Below are positions 39,557 to 45,435 of a stretch of DNA of 45,435 nucleotides, piece after piece. A program made the translations under genes and the position numbers. This DNA comes from Mariprofundaceae bacterium (GTDB taxonomy: Bacteria; Pseudomonadota; Zetaproteobacteria; Mariprofundales; Mariprofundaceae): positions 1-45,435 of the forward strand of contig DATFLK010000023.1 of assembly GCA_035267815.1 (NCBI GenBank). Direction: 5' to 3'. Numbering within the stretch: position 1 is the stretch's first letter; every line of letters starts with the position of its first letter. The notes below the pieces were generated by a model that saw only the letters and a list, made by a program, of their open reading frames with translations, was not told the origin of the DNA and did not search any database.

Positions 39557-40525
39557 ATGGCGATGGCTGCAGACGAGCTGAATGTGGTGCTGGGCGCGGG
39601 GCCGGTCGGACGTGCTCTGATTTCGCTGCTGCACGGCAGAGGGGTGCCTCTGCGCGTGGTGACCCGAAGCGGCTCGGCGGATGTGCCGGAGGGGGTCGAG
39701 GTGGTCGCCGCCGACCTGAGTCGGGCCGACGAGGCGGTACGGGCCTGCGCCGGTGCGTCGATCGTCTATTCGTGCGTCGGTATCGGTTACCGCGAATGGC
39801 CCGAGCGCTGGCCGCCGCTGATGGCCGGCATGCTGGCGGGTGCCGAGGCCGCCGGAGCCCGTTTCATCTTCGCCGACAATCTCTACATGTACGGCCCGAG
39901 GGAGGGGCTACTGACCGAGGCGTTGCCGCTGACCGACTATGGTCGCAAACCGGCCACACGCGCCCATATCACCCGCATGTGGCAGGTGGCCCATGCCGAG
40001 GGGCGTGTGCAGGCAGCTGCTGTGCGCGCCAGTGACTTTTACGGCCCTTCCGTACGGAAGGCGGTGCTCGGCAATGCCACCTTCGCCCGCATCGTCCAGG
40101 GTATGGGGGCGCTCTGCCTCGGCGATGTCGATCAGCCGCACAGCTTCACATATGTGCCGGATATTGCCCGCGCTCTGGTCACGATCGGGGAGGCCGACGA
40201 GACAGCATGGGGTCGCGCGTGGCATGTGCCTAATGCTCCGGACCGGACGGTACGCGAGATTCTGACAATGTTTGCCGAGGCGTCCGGACAGGAGTTGAAG
40301 ATCAGCGCGTTGCCGCGCTGGCTGCATGCGATTGTCGGGTTGTTCGACGAGGATATGCGTGAGCTGAAGGAGATGCGCTACCAGTGGGAGTGGCCATTCT
40401 GTGTCGATGCTTCGGCTTTCACCGATGCCTTCGACATGGAGGTTACCCCCTTCGACGAAGGAATAGCACAGACGCTTGCCTGGTATCGCGAGCGGCTCCG
40501 CCAGCGGAAAGAAGCTCAGAAGTAG
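39557..40525 (+). CDS. NAD(P)-dependent epimerase/dehydratase-family (SDR-like) protein
   Basis: Rossmann N-terminus VVLGAGPVGRALISLL followed by an extended-SDR-like body. Start is ATG 39557 or 39563. The 3' end overlaps the convergent OMP gene by 10 nt. Confidence 0.75.
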   Translation: MAMAADELNVVLGAGPVGRALISLLHGRGVPLRVVTRSGSADVPEGVEVVAADLSRADEAVRACAGASIVYSCVGIGYREWPERWPPLMAGMLAGAEAAGARFIFADNLYMYGPREGLLTEALPLTDYGRKPATRAHITRMWQVAHAEGRVQAAAVRASDFYGPSVRKAVLGNATFARIVQGMGALCLGDVDQPHSFTYVPDIARALVTIGEADETAWGRAWHVPNAPDRTVREILTMFAEASGQELKISALPRWLHAIVGLFDEDMRELKEMRYQWEWPFCVDASAFTDAFDMEVTPFDEGIAQTLAWYRERLRQRKEAQK

Positions 40526-41727
40526 GCGCGAACCTCCGCCAGAAGCATGGCGGGGTAGCTGCCGAACTCGCTTTTCAGCACCGTTCCCCGAGGCCGGCGG
40601 CCGACGGGGAGTACACCATTGAGCACCAGTTCCGCTTCGTCGGCGAGGGAGTAGACGGTATTCATCGACAGCAGCCAGGAACCGTCGTCGATATTGCGAA
40701 TGGCGACGGCATCGCCCTTGAGCAGGGGCGTGAATTCGTAACCGCCACCCAGCGCCAGGTAGCGGCGGCCCGCGTAGCTGCCGCCGGTGGCGGAGGGTCC
40801 GACCGTCGTGTAGCCGGCCACGTTGGTGGCGCCCGCGCCGTGGTAGTAGTACTCCGCTCGGAGATCGAGGCTGCTGGCGAAGCGGTGTTCGATCCCGCCG
40901 GCGAACTCGATACGCCGGTGACCGCCCGTATCGCGGCGGACATGCCCCTCCATGCGCAGACCCAGCCAGTCGAACAGCTCCCCCTGAATCGAACCGCCGA
41001 CCAGATTGCTCCGGCGGACCCGGCCGGCCAGCCAGGCCCATTCGATCCCCCGTATGACGGTGGAGTAGCGCGCCACCATGCCGGTGCGCTTCGCATCGGG
41101 CGCGTTGCGCCAGCCGCCGGCCCGGGTGGCGTCGCGGCTGTATCCGGCCGTTGCGATCAGCGACAGCTGGGACAGCGCACCGAGTCGCACCTCGGTGCGC
41201 AGTGCATCCACCCCCGGTTTGAAGGTGCGGTAGAAGGTCTGGGCTGCGAAGGGAGCGAAGAGATCGTTGGGAACGAAATAGAAAGTGGTGGCGAGGTTGA
41301 TCGCCTGCCTGCCCGCGATGACATCGACGTTACCCTCTGTCCAGCGCAGGTTGAAGCGGTCGATGGCCAGATGATTGTAGCGACTGTCGCGACCACTGCG
41401 GCCGAATTGCCACTCGGCGATGCCGCTGCGTTCGACGCCGGCCGTGGCGGTTGTATAGCCGGTCATGAAGGCGGGCAGCGAGGTTTGGTAGGCATTGAAC
41501 TGCCAGGCGAGGTGTGCGCCCTCGTGGCCCTCGGTGATCAGACGGGCGAGGCCACCCAGCCCCTGTTCATTGCGTTTCGGATAGAGCGGGGAGGCCGGGT
41601 TGCGGTCGGCCAGCGCGAAACCGCGCAGCAACATGCGGGCACCGCCACCCTGCCATGTGGCGAAGGCGTGCGCCGGCAGCGGCAGCAGAAGGAGCGCCGG
41701 AAGCAGCAGATGCCGCCATCGACTCAT
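40516..41727 (-). CDS. outer-membrane beta-barrel protein (porin-like), last gene of the Lol-like ABC operon
   Basis: 403 aa. Signal peptide MSRWRHLLLPALLLLPLPAHA|F, alternating beta-strand pattern rich in G/Y/R, and a C-terminal beta-signal ending AEVRAYF. Start overlaps the ATPase stop (ATGA). Confidence 0.7.
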   Translation of the reverse strand: MSRWRHLLLPALLLLPLPAHAFATWQGGGARMLLRGFALADRNPASPLYPKRNEQGLGGLARLITEGHEGAHLAWQFNAYQTSLPAFMTGYTTATAGVERSGIAEWQFGRSGRDSRYNHLAIDRFNLRWTEGNVDVIAGRQAINLATTFYFVPNDLFAPFAAQTFYRTFKPGVDALRTEVRLGALSQLSLIATAGYSRDATRAGGWRNAPDAKRTGMVARYSTVIRGIEWAWLAGRVRRSNLVGGSIQGELFDWLGLRMEGHVRRDTGGHRRIEFAGGIEHRFASSLDLRAEYYYHGAGATNVAGYTTVGPSATGGSYAGRRYLALGGGYEFTPLLKGDAVAIRNIDDGSWLLSMNTVYSLADEAELVLNGVLPVGRRPRGTVLKSEFGSYPAMLLAEVRAYF

Positions 41728-42437
41728 CGGCGAATATCGTCGCGCTCGATACGGCCGTCACGCATGTAGATCAGCCGGTGCGTGCGCGCCATCAGTCGCT
41801 GGTCGTGGGTGGAGAAGAGGAAGGTGATACCCTCCTCACGGTTCAGCTTCTGCATCAGGTCGAGGATGGCATCGGCGGTTACCGAATCGACATTGGCCGT
41901 CGGTTCGTCGGCCAGCACAATGGCCGGTCGGGTGACGATGGCGCGAGCGATGGCAACGCGCTGCTGCTGGCCGCCGGACATCTCGTCCGGACGGCGGTGC
42001 TCCAACCCGTCAAGCCCCACCTCCTGCAGTACGGCCATGACCCGTTCATGGCGCTCCGCATCGGGTACGCTCTGCAGCCGCAACACGAATTCAGCGTTTT
42101 CGTAGGCGGTCATCACCGGTACGAGGTTGTAGGCCTGAAAGACGAATCCGATGCGGTCGCGCCGCACGCGCGCCACCTGGCTCCGGGAATATTCGGCGAG
42201 GTCCCGGTTCTCCAGCCAGATGCGTCCTTCGCTCGGTTCATCGAGTCCGCCGACGAGGTTGAGCAGCGTGCTCTTGCCGGAACCGGAGGGGCCGCAGAGC
42301 GCCGCGAAATCACCCTCATCGACCTCGAGAGTCACGCGATCCAGTGCCGTCACGGTGATCTTTCCCTGCATGTAGAGCTTGCTCACCGCCTGCATGCGGA
42401 CGATGTGTGCGTGTGGCGTTTCTTCGGTTGTGCTCAT
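41724..42437 (-). CDS. ABC transporter ATP-binding protein (LolD/MacB-type)
   Basis: 237 aa. Walker A GPSGSGKST, signature LSGGQQQRVAIARA, Walker B LADEPTANVD. AGGAG lies 7 nt upstream of the ATG. Confidence 0.93.
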   Translation of the reverse strand: MSTTEETPHAHIVRMQAVSKLYMQGKITVTALDRVTLEVDEGDFAALCGPSGSGKSTLLNLVGGLDEPSEGRIWLENRDLAEYSRSQVARVRRDRIGFVFQAYNLVPVMTAYENAEFVLRLQSVPDAERHERVMAVLQEVGLDGLEHRRPDEMSGGQQQRVAIARAIVTRPAIVLADEPTANVDSVTADAILDLMQKLNREEGITFLFSTHDQRLMARTHRLIYMRDGRIERDDIRR

Positions 42438-42462
42438 CCGGCATCTCCTCTCGCAGGGGCTC

Positions 42463-43692
42463 TCACAGCGCTTTCAGGCTCTCCACCGGGGGAATACGGC
42501 CGGCCCGCCAGGCCGGGTAGAGACCGGCAAGGATGGCCAGCGTAAAGAGACCGGCAAGGATGGCAACGATACTTTCGGCGAAGAGACGGATATGGAAGAC
42601 CGGGTCGATTAGCACGCCGCCGGCACTGTAGTCGTGGCCGATCGAGCCGGAGAAATCGATGCCGTAGGTGGCCAGATACCAGTACCACGGGGCGGTGATG
42701 ACGGTGCCCATCAGCAGGCCGATGCAGGCGAGCCAGAACGATTCCGTCATAATCAGGCGGAAGAGCTGTCCCGGCGACATGCCGACGGCCATCATGATGC
42801 CGAACTCGCGCGTGCGCTCCAGCACGCTCATCAGCAGGGTGTTGAGGATACCGGCGGCAATCAGCAGGCCGATCAGCAGTTGGCTGATGTAGTTGCTGGA
42901 GCGGTCGATATTGATGATACCGGCCAGATCCGGCTGGGTCTGTCGCCAGTCAAGCACCGCCACGCTGGTGCCAATCCTGTGCTGCAACGCATCGCGCACA
43001 CGGCGGGTGCGGCGCTGGTCACGCAGCATGATCGCTACCATCGTCGCCTCGCCCTTTCTGTAGCCGAGCACATGGCGCAACCGGTCGATCGGCAGCATGA
43101 CGAAGGCGTTGTCGACCTCATTGATACCGGTGTGGAAGATGCCGCGCACCCTCGCCGCCTCGCTGACAATCTCCCCGCTGGCATCGGTGGTGGTGTAGAC
43201 CAGTTTCTTTCCGAGGTCGAGGTTCAGGTGGTCGGCCATCTTGCTGCCGATGATCACGCCGCTACCGTCGCGGTCACGGAGCATGTTGCCCCGAACCAGC
43301 GAACGAAGCAGCAGGCTCCATGCGGGTGTTTCGGAAGCCGGGTCGACACCGAGAAAGCTGCCGCCGATCGAATTGCTGGCGGTGGCGAACATGCCCTGGC
43401 CGAGGATGCGTACGATCGCATCCCGAACATCGGGCTGCGACAGGGCGTCGGCGCGCAGGGCGGCACTGTCGCCGATGCGCTTGTCGAGCGTCGGCGTGCG
43501 GTTGTAACCGACCGGTTCGATGGTGACATGGCCGTAGCCCATCGAGGCGCCTGCATCGATCATGTTGGTGTAGGCATAGTCGCCGGTGCCGGTGAAGGTG
43601 ACGGCCAGCAGCACGCCGAAGCCGATGGAGAAGGCAGTGATCAGCGTGCGCCGCCGGTTGCGCCACAGGTTGCGCCAGGCCAGCCGGATCAT
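42463..43692 (-). CDS. ABC transporter permease, FtsX/LolC-E type
   Basis: ATG 43692 (MIRLAWRNLWRNRRRTLITAFSIGFGVLL) overlaps the upstream permease stop (ATGA). TM1, a large periplasmic domain, three C-terminal TMs, and an ...YPAWRAGRIPPVESLKAL terminus. The track ORF to 43995 is an extension. Confidence 0.88.
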   Translation of the reverse strand: MIRLAWRNLWRNRRRTLITAFSIGFGVLLAVTFTGTGDYAYTNMIDAGASMGYGHVTIEPVGYNRTPTLDKRIGDSAALRADALSQPDVRDAIVRILGQGMFATASNSIGGSFLGVDPASETPAWSLLLRSLVRGNMLRDRDGSGVIIGSKMADHLNLDLGKKLVYTTTDASGEIVSEAARVRGIFHTGINEVDNAFVMLPIDRLRHVLGYRKGEATMVAIMLRDQRRTRRVRDALQHRIGTSVAVLDWRQTQPDLAGIINIDRSSNYISQLLIGLLIAAGILNTLLMSVLERTREFGIMMAVGMSPGQLFRLIMTESFWLACIGLLMGTVITAPWYWYLATYGIDFSGSIGHDYSAGGVLIDPVFHIRLFAESIVAILAGLFTLAILAGLYPAWRAGRIPPVESLKAL

Positions 43693-44909
43693 CTGTAGTG
43701 GATCGCCTCGATCGGCCGGATCATGGCCGCCTTGAGGGCGGGGTAGATGGCCGCGATGGCAGCCACGCCGATCAGCATCAGCAGCGGGGTGGCCAGCACA
43801 TGCGGGGTGACATGGGCATGCCAGACCGGATCGATGGCGATACCGCCGAAGGAGGCGCTGTCGGCCAGCTTCGAGAGATCGATGCCGTGTCGCTCGTAGT
43901 AGTTGCCGGCCAGCCAGCCTCCCCCCAGCGCTAGGAGGCCGGCGACGCTTACCTGCAGCAGGGTTTCGGTATAGATCAGGGATGCCACCTGCCACGGCAT
44001 GACACCGATCGCCTTCATGATACCGAACTCGCGGATGCGCTCGAAGACACTCATCAGAATGGCGTTGAGGATGATGGTGGCCACAGCGATGTAGGTGATC
44101 AGGGTCATGATCAGAATCTGGTTATCCATGATATCGATCAGGTTGGCGATGGTCGGCATCAGCTGGCGCCAGTTGCGCGTCTCGTATCCCCTGGCCAGCG
44201 CCGCCACCTTCCGGGTCGCCTCGGCCAGGCCGAGGCTGCGGTCGGCTCGCATGACGGCGATCTCGTGCGCGCCTGTCGGCAGGCGCATCAGGGTGCGGAA
44301 TGCCGATGCGCTCATGTAGATACCGGCACGATCGATCTGTTCGCTGACCGACTTGAGCACGCCGCGCACCCTGTAGAGGTCGTTGGCGATCGAACCGTCG
44401 GCTGCCTGGCCGAGGAAGACCACTTCGCTGCCGGGGTGGACGCCGAGCGTGCGCGCCAGCTTGCGTCCGATGACGATCCCGTGCCCGTCGTCGGGCGACA
44501 GCCACTGGCCCGAAAGCAGGTGACGGTTGATCTCGGTGACGGTCGGCTGCAGCACCGGATCGATGCCGTGGAGCTGCACGCCGGCGGACGCGGTGCCGGC
44601 TGCCGCCAGGCCGAAGGCGTAGAGACGCGGCGCGGCGTGAAAACCCGCCTTCTGCAATCGGGCGATCAGCGCAGCCGGGTCATGGATGCGCTTGTAGATA
44701 TCGGGATCGTCACGGTAACCCCTGGCATGGATCTGGACCTCGCCGAGGTTCATGGCCACGACGTTGTGCTCGCTGGTTTCGACCATTCCCTGCATCAGGG
44801 CGGCGAAGAGAATCATGATGAAGCCGGCGAATGCCATGGCCAGCGTGGTGATGAGGCTGCGCTGCCAGTAGCGGCCGACGTTCCGGATGGCGATGGCGAG
44901 GAGCCTCAT
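43689..44909 (-). CDS. ABC transporter permease, FtsX/LolC-E type
   Basis: 406 aa. MRLLAIAIRNVGRYWQRSLITTLAMAFAGFIM start, same topology as its paralogue, and terminus IYPALKAAMIRPIEAIHYR. Confidence 0.88.
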   Translation of the reverse strand: MRLLAIAIRNVGRYWQRSLITTLAMAFAGFIMILFAALMQGMVETSEHNVVAMNLGEVQIHARGYRDDPDIYKRIHDPAALIARLQKAGFHAAPRLYAFGLAAAGTASAGVQLHGIDPVLQPTVTEINRHLLSGQWLSPDDGHGIVIGRKLARTLGVHPGSEVVFLGQAADGSIANDLYRVRGVLKSVSEQIDRAGIYMSASAFRTLMRLPTGAHEIAVMRADRSLGLAEATRKVAALARGYETRNWRQLMPTIANLIDIMDNQILIMTLITYIAVATIILNAILMSVFERIREFGIMKAIGVMPWQVASLIYTETLLQVSVAGLLALGGGWLAGNYYERHGIDLSKLADSASFGGIAIDPVWHAHVTPHVLATPLLMLIGVAAIAAIYPALKAAMIRPIEAIHYR

Positions 44910-44952
44910 GCGTTGTCCTGAAGGCGCTGTCCGGAACGCGGTATCGGCATCG

Positions 44953-45435
44953 CTAGAAGCGCCGTAGCGAGGCCAGCGAGAAGAGGGAGTCCGGCAGCGG
45001 CACGTTCAGTTCCAGCGACTGGTAGGTGAGCTGGGTATACTCGTTCGGCTTGTCGGCCGGCACCATGCGCATCACCGCGGGACGACGTCGGCCAGCCAGC
45101 ACCTTCACGTCGGAGAAACGCATCGTGCGAGCCACCTTCATGTCCTCATCATAGTAGGTTTCACTGACCGGGATCAGACCATCGGATTCGACCACCAGCT
45201 CCAGCTTGCCCCAGACAACGGCCGCATCGGGCTTCGGAAGAAGCTCGAAGACGATGATATCGCGCCTGCCGCGCTTCCCCTCGAAGGTGATGCGCGGGTT
45301 GTAGTCGTCGGCCATGCGCGATTCCTTGACCAGATCATCGTTGGTGAAGTGGCTGCCCATCCACGAGCCCATCATCATGCCCGAGGTGAGCAGGATGGTG
45401 CGGTCGGTTCTGGGCAGGTAGGTGTAGATGGTGGT
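44953..45435 (-). CDS. LolA-like outer-membrane lipoprotein-sorting family protein, 5' end beyond window
   Basis: The frame is open to the window edge. The C-terminal 160 aa (SWMGSHFTNDDLVKESRMADDY..., VFELLPKPDAAVVWGKLELVV...) resemble LolA-like proteins commonly found next to FtsX-type ABC transporters. Stop TAG 44953-44955. Confidence 0.7.
   Translation of the reverse strand, partial: TTIYTYLPRTDRTILLTSGMMMGSWMGSHFTNDDLVKESRMADDYNPRITFEGKRGRRDIIVFELLPKPDAAVVWGKLELVVESDGLIPVSETYYDEDMKVARTMRFSDVKVLAGRRRPAVMRMVPADKPNEYTQLTYQSLELNVPLPDSLFSLASLRRF

Noticed and set aside
40516-40525. 10-nt overlap of the convergent 3' ends of the SDR-family gene and the OMP gene
   Set aside because: The overlap is real in the sequence, but short convergent overlaps are common in compact genomes and nothing suggests a function.
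40384-41769. 461-aa plus-strand ORF opposite the OMP gene, and the 377-aa minus ORF 39908..41041 opposite the SDR gene
   Set aside because: The chosen frames have a signal peptide plus C-terminal beta-signal (OMP) and a Rossmann motif (SDR). The competing frames are Arg/Gly/Ala-rich and lack both features.
43693-43995. Extension of the second FtsX permease ORF into the first permease gene
   Set aside because: The canonical FtsX N-terminus (MIRLAWRNLWRNRRRT) begins at ATG 43692, which overlaps the upstream stop as ATGA. The extension is an Arg/Gly/Pro-rich alternative frame.

Overview
This GC-rich window covers the chromosomal replication-origin neighbourhood of a Gram-negative, proteobacterium-like organism. 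On the minus strand, the left arm carries dnaA-dnaN-recF-gyrB, running directly into purM-purN. On the plus strand, the right arm carries rpmH (missing from the ORF track because it is under 60 aa), rnpA, yidD, yidC and mnmE. A solitary phosphoribulokinase gene follows, then mnmG-rsmG-parA-parB. There are two parS sites: a perfect 16-mer in the 5' end of mnmG, and a 15/16 copy centred on the putative parA start codon. The best oriC candidate is the AT-rich 286-bp dnaA-dnaN spacer, but its DnaA boxes are degenerate. The rest is mostly housekeeping: a single-POTRA Omp85 protein, tsaB, galU, System II cytochrome c maturation genes resB/ccsA, a tsaC-like gene, purD, purH, plsC, gmhB, nadK, recN, a GNAT gene and htpG. 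Interspersed are less ordinary elements. (i) A receiver-KaiB fusion protein lies just upstream of a HAMP-PAS-GGDEF diguanylate cyclase whose periplasmic sensor carries a CxxCH heme c motif. No kaiC is present in the window. (ii) A 94-aa membrane-anchored diheme (paired CxxCH) cytochrome is translationally coupled to nadK. (iii) A Lol-like operon encodes a LolA-like protein, two LolC/E-type FtsX permeases, an ATPase and an outer-membrane beta-barrel, and is cut by the window edge. (iv) A coiled-coil/TM/Cys-His hypothetical protein is also present. I recognised no rRNA, tRNA, CRISPR array, transposase, integrase or phage gene. Many long ORFs in the track are antisense shadow ORFs typical of GC-rich DNA and were rejected. 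All calls come from reading the translations and sequence by eye; no searches were run.
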